From contig JBBSWA010000033.1 in NCBI GenBank assembly GCA_038046485.1, forward strand, positions 9,632 to 41,631: DNA of 32,000 nt. The letters are read 5' to 3'. A program made the position numbers and the translations under genes. The notes below the pieces were generated by a model. That model searched no databases. It was not told the DNA's origin and saw nothing but the letters and a program-made list of their open reading frames with translations. The stretch comes from Nanobdellota archaeon. GTDB taxonomy: Archaea; Nanobdellota; Nanobdellia; Woesearchaeales; SM23-78. Shown here in pieces: positions 9,016-16,985 of this stretch. Position 1 is the first letter of the stretch. Each line of letters begins with the position of its first letter.

Positions 9016-9887
9016 CCCACCACCAAATACACTCCCAACAACATCAAACCACAGGACAAGAATCTATGTACAAGCCTATGATCATGAAAGAAACGCCCCC
9101 CTATTAACACATCAAAAATCGTATATAAACGAGTTATTGGCACCAGTAAAGAAACATACGCCAAAGGAAGTGCAGAAAAATAAAAATAATTCGCCAACAT
9201 ATCAAACGCCGCTGATAGTAAAACCCAATGTCCCCCTAAACTCCAACTCATCTTTACATCCTTAAACCCTCCGTACCATAAAAAAGTGAGACCTATAAAG
9301 TTTAGAACGACCAGCAAACGCTCCAAGAAAAACAATGAAAAGGCATCAACGGGAGAAAAGGAAAGCCCGACTGTCTGAGGACTTACAAATATCTTATCAA
9401 AAACTTCGGACAACCCATACAATATGCTCGCTGCCAAACCGAACAATAAAAACTTTTTATCCTTCCATAACACATGGAGATTATCTGAGCAGAGCCATAT
9501 CCCCCCACCTACCAGGCAAAAAATGCCAAGGTAATGAATTGCTTTTAATTCTTCGCCCAAGAGAAAAACTCCGAAGAACAAAACAACCAACACACTTAAA
9601 TTCTCCAAAGGAATGTACTGGGAAACCTCCATATGCCGCAAAGCCTTGAACGCCAAGACCAAAGCCGAAACCCACAACAAAGAATCTACAAATAACAGCA
9701 CATACACCAAAGGTTCTAAATCCCAAACCACCCTACCTGAAAATGGAAGAATTAAAATCAAGCCAATGAGAGAAAATAAAGTGATGTATTGAATTGCATG
9801 CTGCTTAAACAATACTTTTTTACCCAAAACCACATGCACCGACCAGCACGCAGCTGCCAACAAACCCAATACATACCAAGGAAGCAT
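9012..9887 (-). CDS. EamA/DMT-superfamily transporter
   Basis: 291 aa polytopic membrane protein with a 4-nt overlap with the downstream paralog. Confidence 0.8.
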   Translation of the reverse strand: MLPWYVLGLLAAACWSVHVVLGKKVLFKQHAIQYITLFSLIGLILILPFSGRVVWDLEPLVYVLLFVDSLLWVSALVLAFKALRHMEVSQYIPLENLSVLVVLFFGVFLLGEELKAIHYLGIFCLVGGGIWLCSDNLHVLWKDKKFLLFGLAASILYGLSEVFDKIFVSPQTVGLSFSPVDAFSLFFLERLLVVLNFIGLTFLWYGGFKDVKMSWSLGGHWVLLSAAFDMLANYFYFSALPLAYVSLLVPITRLYTIFDVLIGGRFFHDHRLVHRFLSCGLMLLGVYLVVG

Positions 9888-10928
9888 CTAGGAACCCCCA
9901 AAAAAATCACTCAATCCCTTCTGCTGCTTTGCCGGACTCTTGCTTAGCTTATCCAAAGATGACTTCACCCTTTCCCGGCTAAAGCCATGCTCCTCCACCA
10001 AGACCTTCAACACCGCTTCCTCATTTACCGGCCTCCACTCCAATTTATACTCTTTTGACGTTGGGATGTTCTTGAACGTATCAAAGACTTCCTTCCAAGA
10101 AAAGGAGAAGAAATCATCCCACTTGGCTTCCTTGAACAAGGCTTCAAAATCCATCTTATACTGCTTCACCATCTTTAATGCATTTTTTGGACCGATTCCT
10201 TTGATACCGCCAGGATTGTAATCAGTACCTACCAACATGGACAAGACGATTAACTGGTCCTGAACGACTCCTAGATGATTGAGATTGTCTGACAAGGAAA
10301 GAATTTCTGGGACGACCTTTTCAAAGGCAAGCTTTCCCACCTTTTTTCTCTTCTCACTCAAGGTTAAGTTTTTTATGAAACGCGAAGCACCGAACAAAAA
10401 ACAATCTGCGTCTTGACTTACAATGGCATAGGCGTCGCCTTGTTTTACCATAAATGCGGCCTGAGCTTCTCCCTCTGAAGGTGCTTGGAGCCAAGGAATG
10501 CCCATGGCCGAGAGGAGCTCTTGCGCCTCGTGCACCATTTCTGTTGTCAGGCGCGAGGTGCGCGAGGCAAACTTGCGCATGGACTCTGTATCCTCCGCTT
10601 CCTTTGCTACGTCGTACTGCTTTTGCGCCTCCACCTTCAACCCATGACGACGCTCCTGCTCCTTCTTCTTTAAATCAGGCACTTTTCCGTCAAAGACAAA
10701 AATAAGCTTGATGTTGTACTCTAGGAGACGCGAAAAACGCATGAATAAACCCATCAAGTGACTGGTCACACGACCTTTGCTATCCATCAGCGGTGTACCA
10801 TCCTGATTGCGAATCGAACTTAGAAACTGATACAAAATGTTATACGCATCAACAGCCAACACCTTACCATTTAAGTCCTCGATGGCCACCTGCTTTGAAA
10901 CTAAGAGGTCTGTGATTGCAACGCCCAT
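9888..10928 (-). CDS. fen1: flap endonuclease 1
   Basis: MGVAITDLL...AVDAYNILYQFLSSIRNQDGTPLMDSKGRVTSHLMG, SQDADCFLFG, and the GTDYNPGGIKGIGPK H3TH motif. The start was moved to the conserved MGV at 10928; the track extends it to 10988. Confidence 0.92.
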   Translation of the reverse strand: MGVAITDLLVSKQVAIEDLNGKVLAVDAYNILYQFLSSIRNQDGTPLMDSKGRVTSHLMGLFMRFSRLLEYNIKLIFVFDGKVPDLKKKEQERRHGLKVEAQKQYDVAKEAEDTESMRKFASRTSRLTTEMVHEAQELLSAMGIPWLQAPSEGEAQAAFMVKQGDAYAIVSQDADCFLFGASRFIKNLTLSEKRKKVGKLAFEKVVPEILSLSDNLNHLGVVQDQLIVLSMLVGTDYNPGGIKGIGPKNALKMVKQYKMDFEALFKEAKWDDFFSFSWKEVFDTFKNIPTSKEYKLEWRPVNEEAVLKVLVEEHGFSRERVKSSLDKLSKSPAKQQKGLSDFFGGS

Positions 10929-10950
10929 TGCATCTAAAGCGAGAGGGTGG

Positions 10951-10958
10951 TATAAAAA
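10951..10958 (-). promoter_or_regulatory. TATA box for fen1
   Basis: TATAAAAA is centred about 26 nt upstream of the ATG at 10928. Confidence 0.45.
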
Positions 10959-10972
10959 GTTTACCGCGAAAT

Positions 10973-11095
10973 GGTTTAGCATCTTCAAAACTCGTGATGA
11001 TTACGTTGAGGGTTCTGCTGCCCCGAATGGGGCGTCCCCCGCCAACGAACCTAAAGATTTCTATGGAAGGAGTTTTGACCTTAGGATGCTAAACC
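10973..11095. ncRNA. structured intergenic element, copy B (minimal version)
   Basis: Closing stems are GGTTTAGCATC/GATGCTAAACC and CAAAACTC/GAGTTTTG. The core blocks GCTGCCCCGAATGGGG (11017-11032) and GCGTCCCCCGCCAACG (11032-11047) directly abut. Confidence 0.55.
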
Positions 11096-11130
11096 TTCTT
11101 TACCTCTTCTGAAAAACTATTAGGATCACA

Positions 11131-11138
11131 TTTATATA
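11131..11138 (+). promoter_or_regulatory. TATA box for the desaturase gene
   Basis: TTTATATA is centred about 26 nt upstream of the ATG at 11161. Confidence 0.5.
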
Positions 11139-11160
11139 CCCTATTTCTTATTGACTACTT

Positions 11161-12138
11161 ATGGACTATCCGGCCCTACGAAGACTCATTGAAGAAAAAG
11201 GGCTTCTTAACAAAACCCCTGGGTATTACATCCGTACAAGTGCTATCCTTGTTGCTCTCTTTACCGGCACCTGGATTATCTATTATTACGTCCGCAATTT
11301 TTATATCCAGATTGGTATTGTTTGCCTGCTTGGATTCTTAGGCTTTCAATTTGGACTGCTCGCACACGATGCCGGCCATCGAGCGGTTTCCACCAAAAGG
11401 TGGCTCAATGAAACCATCGGATACCTCTCTTTAACCTTCATTAACGGGATCTCCATCCACCACTGGGAAACCAAACACAATGCTCACCATCGATCTCCTA
11501 ATTTTAACCCGGGAGACCCCGACATTGAACAAGTCTTTGCCTATGACACAACCCAAGCACGTGCACGAAAGGGCCTCCTCAAGTGGATTACTAAACATCA
11601 AATCGCCTTTTTCGTGCCCTTACATGCCTTAAGTGTATTTGACATGACACGCACTTCCTTCCAACATGTTCTTTTGCGATGTCCTTTCAAACGAAAGATG
11701 ATTGAACTCATTGGACTTCTTATGCATCTCGTGCTTTGGATCGGCATTCCAAGCTACTTCATCGGATTTTGGAAGGCCGCTTTGCTCTATGCCATCGGGA
11801 CCCTTGTACGCGGGCTCTATGCCTCCTTGGTCTTTGTACCCAACCACGTCGGAATGCCCCTTCCAAAACCAACAGATAAATTGTCTTATCTTGAAAAACA
11901 AGTCATCACGGCACGCAACCTAACCCCCTCCTTTTTCAAAGACTATATCTTTGGAGGTCTTAACTACCAAATCGAACACCACCTCTTTCCCAATATGTCC
12001 CGTAAATACCTCAAAAAAGCAAAAACAATTATCAAGAACTACTGCTTAACCAATAAGATTCCCTATAAAGAAACTGGATTCTTTACGTGCTACAAAGATG
12101 TCTTCACGCATATGTCCCAAGTGGGGAAAGCGGCTTAA
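11161..12138 (+). CDS. membrane fatty-acid desaturase family protein (front-end type His boxes)
   Basis: Three His boxes (HDAGH, HNAHH, QIEHH) with hydrophobic spans between them. There is no cytochrome b5 domain. Confidence 0.88.
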   Translation: MDYPALRRLIEEKGLLNKTPGYYIRTSAILVALFTGTWIIYYYVRNFYIQIGIVCLLGFLGFQFGLLAHDAGHRAVSTKRWLNETIGYLSLTFINGISIHHWETKHNAHHRSPNFNPGDPDIEQVFAYDTTQARARKGLLKWITKHQIAFFVPLHALSVFDMTRTSFQHVLLRCPFKRKMIELIGLLMHLVLWIGIPSYFIGFWKAALLYAIGTLVRGLYASLVFVPNHVGMPLPKPTDKLSYLEKQVITARNLTPSFFKDYIFGGLNYQIEHHLFPNMSRKYLKKAKTIIKNYCLTNKIPYKETGFFTCYKDVFTHMSQVGKAA

Positions 12139-12187
12139 ATTCCCTTCCTAAGCGCACACTGCTATCTTATATACCCTAAGGAAAAAG

Positions 12188-12238
12188 AATATAAGCAACT
12201 CAGCAATATAAGCAACTCAGCAATATAAGCAACTCAGC
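12188..12238. repeat. three perfect tandem copies of the 17-mer AATATAAGCAACTCAGC
   Basis: Read directly at 12188-12204, 12205-12221 and 12222-12238. Confidence 0.95.
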
Positions 12239-12309
12239 ATTTCTTTTTAGCAAAGGGACGCCATTCTAAAAATTTAGTAGGTGGCATACATGAAAAACAA
12301 AATTTATAG

Positions 12310-12398
12310 CAACAAACTTTAATATTCGGATAAAATTGTAAAGTTTGTTGAGATATAGGAAATCCTTAAAATATACGAAAATTAATGTGATTTCCTAT
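12310..12398. promoter_or_regulatory. two inverted repeats bracketing a TATA-like sequence upstream of the vWA gene
   Basis: CAACAAACTTT (12310-12320)/AAAGTTTGTTG (12340-12350) and ATAGGAAATC (12355-12364)/GATTTCCTAT (12389-12398). TTAAAATATA lies between the second pair. Confidence 0.45.
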
Positions 12399-12659
12399 AA
12401 TTGTCCAAAGAAACACTTTTACTTGTCCTTATCGCTGGAATCGTGACTATCACCGCCATCACCACTAACCCCATAACAGAAAAAAATAGGGGAGGAAAAG
12501 TCACTCTCAGTCCAACCGAACCTGTCTCGCAAGATACACTCTCCAGCACAGGTTCTATACTCTCTCAGACAAAAGGGAGATATAAAAAGTTCACCCCAAA
12601 AAATACAAATCTACTCGAGAAACAAAAAACTTATAAATCTCTCAACCAGGAAATGCGCT

Positions 12660-14888
12660 GTGACATCTCGGAACCTTACCCCACAGCTCACCATCGTAGC
12701 CCTTGTAGCGGTTGTAGCCATTGTTATCCTTCTGAACCTTGCTGGAACCTCCTTAAGCCCGGACGGCACGATTGGAGGAGAAGCGATTAAGAAACCAAAA
12801 ATTAAACCTCCCATCAACCTCCCGCCCGCAACCCAACTCAGTACGTCCAATACTCCCTTACAGCAAGTCACTATTGTCACCCCCACTGGGACTTATTTCC
12901 TAGCTGTCGACCAAGCAAGCCAACAAGCCTGCAACGGAACCGACTACTTATCTGTAGTAGACGTCAGTAGCAGCATGAACGACCCAGTAGGAAACGGTGC
13001 AGAGACAAAAATAGAACGTGCCCGAAAAGCGCTGGACTTCTTCCTCAGCAAAGTAGCAGGATACGCGCCACCTGACCAGGCAGGCATCGTCCGATTCTGG
13101 TCCATGGCTGAACTTGTGCAAGCCCTCACCTCCGACATCCCCCTCGTACGCAACAAAGCCGCCGCCCTCACCACCCTTTCAGGGACCAACATTGGTGCAG
13201 GACTCAGAATAGGCCAACAACAATTGGACACGCAAAACGTGCAGAAAGAAATCATGATCTTATGGTCAGATGGAGAACCAACCACCTGCCCAGACGCTGG
13301 AGGCATGGACTGCTGGCAGTACGCCCGACAGCAAGCCGATCAGGCCAAAGCAAAAGGCACGGAGATCTATGCACTTGGACTACCCCCAATAAAAGTAAAA
13401 AGCAAAGAAGAACAACTGCTAAAATACATTGCCAACGACCCCGACGAAACGCACTACTACCTGATCGGAACTGACTTTTCCAACCTTGAAGCTATCCTTG
13501 ACAAAATCCATGCCAACTACTGCAAATGCGGCAATGGTAAAGTAGACCCTGGCGAGCTCTGTGACGATAACAACACAAATTCTGCTGACGAATGCCATCA
13601 ATGCGTGCCTACGTACTGCGGCGACAAAATCATTCAAAAACCCAACGGAAAACACACAGGAGGGCCGAAAAACGACGGCTATGAGGACTGCGATGACGGC
13701 AACACCAATGCAAGCGATGGCTGTTACGGCTGCATGACCACCTATTGCGGAGATGGAATCGTACAAAAACCCAACGGAAAAAAGACAGGCGGACCTAAGA
13801 ATGACGGGTATGAGGACTGTGACAACGGGCCGGCTGGAAGCGCGACCTGCACTAAGAACTGCACTAAGATTCAGACCATCTGTGGCGACTCTATAGTTCA
13901 GAAACCCAACAGTTTAAAAATAGGAGGACCAAAAAACGACGGTTATGAAGAGTGCGACGCTGGACCAAGCGGAACTGCCAGCTGCACCAAAAACTGCATG
14001 CTCATACAATGTGGAAATGGCCGCCTAGACCCTAACGAAGAATGTGATGACGGAAACACAAACGCTAGCGACGGTTGTTACAATTGCAAACTCACCTATT
14101 GCGGAGATGGAATCGTACAAAAACCAAACGGAAAAAAGACAGGCGGACCGATGAACAACGGCATCGAAGTATGTGATGACGGAAACACCAATCCTACTGA
14201 CTTGTGCGGCAACAACTGCGTACAAACCTATTGTGGCGATACAATTGTACAGAAACCCAACGGAAGAAAACTAGGCGGACCCAAGAACGATGGCTACGAA
14301 GATTGCGACGCTGGAGTTGCAGGATCCACAACGTGTACGAAGAATTGCACCACGCCTCCAAAATGTGGAAACGGCATTGTTGAAGCTGGAGAAGAGTGCG
14401 ACGACGGAAACGCTGTTAACACAGATGCCTGTATGAATAGCTGTAAGAAAACCTACTGTGGCGACGGAATTATACAGAAACCAAACACACAAGGCAAAAA
14501 CGAAACGTGCGACGACGGAAACAATGTGCCTAATGACGGATGCACGAACTGCACCAAAGACCTTACCTTGAGCGTCAATTGGGCATACTATAAATCTACT
14601 TGTGGCACAAACAACATCCTAATAGAATGGAGCACCACCATGGAACAAGACACCGTCGGATTCAATGTTTTATGGAGCGACAACAAAAACGGACAATACA
14701 TCACCGTAAGCCCCTTCATCTACGCCACCGGAAGCGGAAGCAACTACCAATGGACAGACACTAACACCGATGCAAGCCCCATCACACCCAAAAAAGGGAT
14801 CTACAACTGGTATAAGGTGCAAGAAATATCTACTACTGGGCAAGGGGACGAAACAACACCATTCACAACAGACCACATCTGCCAGTAA
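12660..14888 (+). CDS. secreted/anchored vWA-domain protein with about 12 Cys-rich CxxCDDGN-type repeats
   Basis: GTG start (no ATG or other start codon in frame after the stop at 12474). N-terminal hydrophobic anchor LTIVALVAVVAIVILLNLAG. MIDAS DVSSS...GTNIG...SDGEP. Repeats such as CGNGKVDPGELCDDNNTNSADEC and YCGDGIVQKPNGKKTGGPKNDGYEDCD. Confidence 0.85.
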   Translation: MTSRNLTPQLTIVALVAVVAIVILLNLAGTSLSPDGTIGGEAIKKPKIKPPINLPPATQLSTSNTPLQQVTIVTPTGTYFLAVDQASQQACNGTDYLSVVDVSSSMNDPVGNGAETKIERARKALDFFLSKVAGYAPPDQAGIVRFWSMAELVQALTSDIPLVRNKAAALTTLSGTNIGAGLRIGQQQLDTQNVQKEIMILWSDGEPTTCPDAGGMDCWQYARQQADQAKAKGTEIYALGLPPIKVKSKEEQLLKYIANDPDETHYYLIGTDFSNLEAILDKIHANYCKCGNGKVDPGELCDDNNTNSADECHQCVPTYCGDKIIQKPNGKHTGGPKNDGYEDCDDGNTNASDGCYGCMTTYCGDGIVQKPNGKKTGGPKNDGYEDCDNGPAGSATCTKNCTKIQTICGDSIVQKPNSLKIGGPKNDGYEECDAGPSGTASCTKNCMLIQCGNGRLDPNEECDDGNTNASDGCYNCKLTYCGDGIVQKPNGKKTGGPMNNGIEVCDDGNTNPTDLCGNNCVQTYCGDTIVQKPNGRKLGGPKNDGYEDCDAGVAGSTTCTKNCTTPPKCGNGIVEAGEECDDGNAVNTDACMNSCKKTYCGDGIIQKPNTQGKNETCDDGNNVPNDGCTNCTKDLTLSVNWAYYKSTCGTNNILIEWSTTMEQDTVGFNVLWSDNKNGQYITVSPFIYATGSGSNYQWTDTNTDASPITPKKGIYNWYKVQEISTTGQGDETTPFTTDHICQ

Positions 14889-14910
14889 AAAAGCGCCCAG
14901 GCCCGGACAT

Positions 14911-14929
14911 TCAGAAAAACCATTTCTGA
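14911..14929 (+). other. TCAGAAA-N5-TTTCTGA hairpin just downstream of the vWA gene
   Basis: 7-bp perfect stem 23 nt after the stop. It has the same stem sequence as hairpins inside elements A and C and at 17380-17402. Confidence 0.5.
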
Positions 14930-15001
14930 TTCTTCGTTTGAACCGAGAATCCCAGAGGGACCGGTTGACTTCTGCCCTGAAACCTACGGTTCCAGGGTGC
15001 T

Positions 15002-15090
15002 CAAAAATTGTAAACAATTTTTGGCATGTCGGATTCCTTAAGAACTATTACATCTCAAAAATTGCTTAGCAATTTTAGCATGTCGGATCC
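15002..15090 (+). repeat. 54-nt-period tandem duplication: hairpin CAAAAATTG..CAATTTTTG followed by GCATGTCGGAT(T)CC
   Basis: Copies at 15002-15037 and 15056-15090, read directly. Confidence 0.8.
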
Positions 15091-15222
15091 ATTAAAGGAC
15101 TCCGCCACTTCAAGACCGGCGCACTTTCCTGTGTTGGACAGAAAACCATCCATCATACCAGATTATGCGACCTGGGCACACCCCTGAAAAAGAAGCTTTG
15201 CTTTTAAATACTTACGTTGTCT

Positions 15223-16074
15223 TTACGATTTCTTATGATTCTTGACCCAATCATTGAGCTTAAACTTATAATATCCGAAAGCCAATTTCAAATTGCCCTG
15301 CGCTACCTTCATCCCTTTAGGACTTGTCAGGATATGCGCCTCCTTCAAAACCGTTTCAAATGTCTTTGTGAAAAAATTCGATTCCATACCAATTACGAAT
15401 GACCTTCTCTTGCGAATTCTTTCCAAAAATTCTTCTACTTTTACCTTGCCCTCCACTCCTGTTACTGTCTTTCCTAAATCTCTTACTAGGTGCCCGTCTG
15501 AACCTCCAATCAAGCCCTTGCCCCCCTCCACTGCCCATTGATAGGCTTTATTATTCATCTTCTTTAAAGAATTTGTATTTAACACTTCCACACAATCCAG
15601 ATTCTTCATAAAATCTTTCTTTAATCGCGAGGTCTGTATCCCCACATAACTAAAATACGGATGAGCCGCCCCGACCAAGCAATTTATTCCCTTCAATTTG
15701 TCTAATAAATCCACTGCAGAGATACTTAGACTTAAGCTTTTATCCATAAAAGGGCGCATACACTTATTTTCCAACTCCAATAAATCTGATTTTGAATACG
15801 GATACGCCAATATGTGAACTCCTTCCTTGCTCTTTAGTTCAACACCTGGCACTACAAACACATCCTTTTGAGATAATGCCATTAATGAGCCTTGTACTTG
15901 ATTATGATCGGTTATAGCAACGCCCATCCCTAACTTTTTACATCGTTTTAAAATCTTACCAATATCACTTCGACTATCATATGAGTACTTTGAATGAAAA
16001 TGCATATCCGCCAAGGTGTAAGCTGAAAGATCTAACTTCTTTGGCTTTGCCCGAATCATCCCCTGCTTACCCAT
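15223..16074 (-). CDS. PHP-domain metal-dependent phosphoesterase
   Basis: Typical PHP His/Asp motifs: DMHFHSKYSYDS, AITDHN, GVEL..HILAY, AAHPY, EVLN, GGSDGH. Confidence 0.83.
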   Translation of the reverse strand: MGKQGMIRAKPKKLDLSAYTLADMHFHSKYSYDSRSDIGKILKRCKKLGMGVAITDHNQVQGSLMALSQKDVFVVPGVELKSKEGVHILAYPYSKSDLLELENKCMRPFMDKSLSLSISAVDLLDKLKGINCLVGAAHPYFSYVGIQTSRLKKDFMKNLDCVEVLNTNSLKKMNNKAYQWAVEGGKGLIGGSDGHLVRDLGKTVTGVEGKVKVEEFLERIRKRRSFVIGMESNFFTKTFETVLKEAHILTSPKGMKVAQGNLKLAFGYYKFKLNDWVKNHKKS

Positions 16075-16096
16075 TCATTTAAAATAAACGGGCAGC

Positions 16097-16105
16097 TATA
16101 TAAAA
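16097..16105 (-). promoter_or_regulatory. TATA box for the PHP gene
   Basis: TATATAAAA is centred about 27 nt upstream of the ATG at 16074. Confidence 0.45.
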
Positions 16106-16244
16106 TTTCTCCACCTAGCTTAAAGAGAAGCTTCCCTTGCGTTTATATAAAACAAGACCTCTTTCTTAACCCCACTACAGAAACCTTTTTAAACCCCTTC
16201 CAGATCACCTGTCTATAACCACTATTATAGAATTCATCGTGGTT

Positions 16245-16296
16245 ATTGAGCATGCTCAGAATTCCACTCACTTATGCTCAATTGGCGGAATTCTGA
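16245..16296 (+). promoter_or_regulatory. interleaved inverted repeats in the rpl37ae leader
   Basis: ATTGAGCAT (16245-16253) pairs with ATGCTCAAT (16274-16282). TCAGAATTCC (16256-16265) pairs with GGAATTCTGA (16287-16296). Confidence 0.5.
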
Positions 16297-16316
16297 CATT
16301 AAATAGGGCATGTACA

Positions 16317-16568
16317 ATGACACAAAAAAACCTCTATGGTTCTGTAAAGCGCTTTGGCGCACGATACGGCCGAAGGCTACGAGAAAAGCTCGGCAAGGTT
16401 GAACAAGAGCAGCATAAGCTCCATAAATGCCCTTACTGCCACTTCATCAAGGCTAAACAGCTTGCTGTTGGTATTTGGGAGTGCCGAAAGTGCGAGAGCA
16501 AATTCACCAATAAAGCTTATACGGTAGGCAAACTTACCCCGATCAAAGTTATTGTCCAAACTGAATAA
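16317..16568 (+). CDS. rpl37ae: 50S ribosomal protein L37Ae (eL43)
   Basis: GSVKRFGARYGRRLR...CPYC...WECRKC zinc ribbon. The start was moved to the ATG at 16317; the track uses an upstream GTG at 16239. Confidence 0.9.
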   Translation: MTQKNLYGSVKRFGARYGRRLREKLGKVEQEQHKLHKCPYCHFIKAKQLAVGIWECRKCESKFTNKAYTVGKLTPIKVIVQTE

Positions 16569-16609
16569 TATTCGAAAAGATTAGAACATTCATATTTGAG
16601 GGATCCAAC

Positions 16610-16747
16610 ATGAGCGAATACAAATGTTTCTTTTGCAATAAAATCGTTGCGCCACAACACGTAAAGAAAAAAGTTAGATGCATCTATTGCGGCAGCAAGA
16701 TCCTATTCAAAGACCGCGTAACGGCTACCAAAGTGGTCGCCCGCTAA
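16610..16747 (+). CDS. rpoP: DNA-directed RNA polymerase subunit P (Rpo12), 45 aa, below the track size cutoff
   Basis: MSEYKCFFCNK...VRCIYCGSKILFKDR zinc-ribbon pattern. A GAGGGAT Shine-Dalgarno-like motif lies 6 nt upstream. The position after rpl37ae is the conserved one. Confidence 0.8.
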   Translation: MSEYKCFFCNKIVAPQHVKKKVRCIYCGSKILFKDRVTATKVVAR

Positions 16748-16749
16748 AC

Positions 16750-16983
16750 ATGTATACTGCTGAAATCCTTGTAAACACTAAAGCCAATCTTGAAAAGATA
16801 TTCCAAAGCGAAGAAAAAAATATCAACGAGCGAGCCCAGTATACCTTAACCAAAAATAAAGATGTGCATGTCTTTCGCATTGAAGCAAAAGACGCAACGG
16901 CCTTACGCATCGTTGTTGGTAGCATCACCAAGGTCCTAAGCGTACATGAAAAAACATTGGAGGTCATCGAAAAAAATAAATAA
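16750..16983 (+). CDS. pcc1: KEOPS subunit Pcc1-like protein
   Basis: 77 aa with FRIEAKDATALRIVVGSITKVLSVHEKTLEV, which resembles the Pcc1 C-terminal helix. It has the conserved position between rpoP and pfdB. The start is 2 nt after the rpoP stop. Confidence 0.68.
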   Translation: MYTAEILVNTKANLEKIFQSEEKNINERAQYTLTKNKDVHVFRIEAKDATALRIVVGSITKVLSVHEKTLEVIEKNK

Positions 16984-16985
16984 CC

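Noticed and set aside
10994-11000. A C-box-like GTGATGA inside element B, suggesting a C/D-box sRNA.
   Set aside because: There is no matching D box (CTGA) at the 3' side, the motif is absent from copies A and C, and no k-turn-compatible G-A pairs flank the bulge.
12188-12238. Possible CRISPR array, considering the 17-mer tandem repeats and also the 52-nt-period repeats at 18754-18840.
   Set aside because: The 17-mers are contiguous with no spacers. The 18.7-kb repeats are AT-rich with only 2 full copies (about 2.5 units), and the intervening sequence is also repeated. No cas genes are present.
12401-12790. A 129-aa TTG-started ORF overlapping the start of the vWA gene.
   Set aside because: Its C-terminal half is the vWA N-terminus read out of frame. 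I did not call it a gene, though the N-terminal part is kept as an open question in the findings.
16245-16296. A compact H-type pseudoknot formed by both interleaved stems at the same time.
   Set aside because: Loop lengths of 2 and 4 nt seem too short to span 10-bp and 9-bp stems. Alternative hairpins or DNA operators are more plausible.
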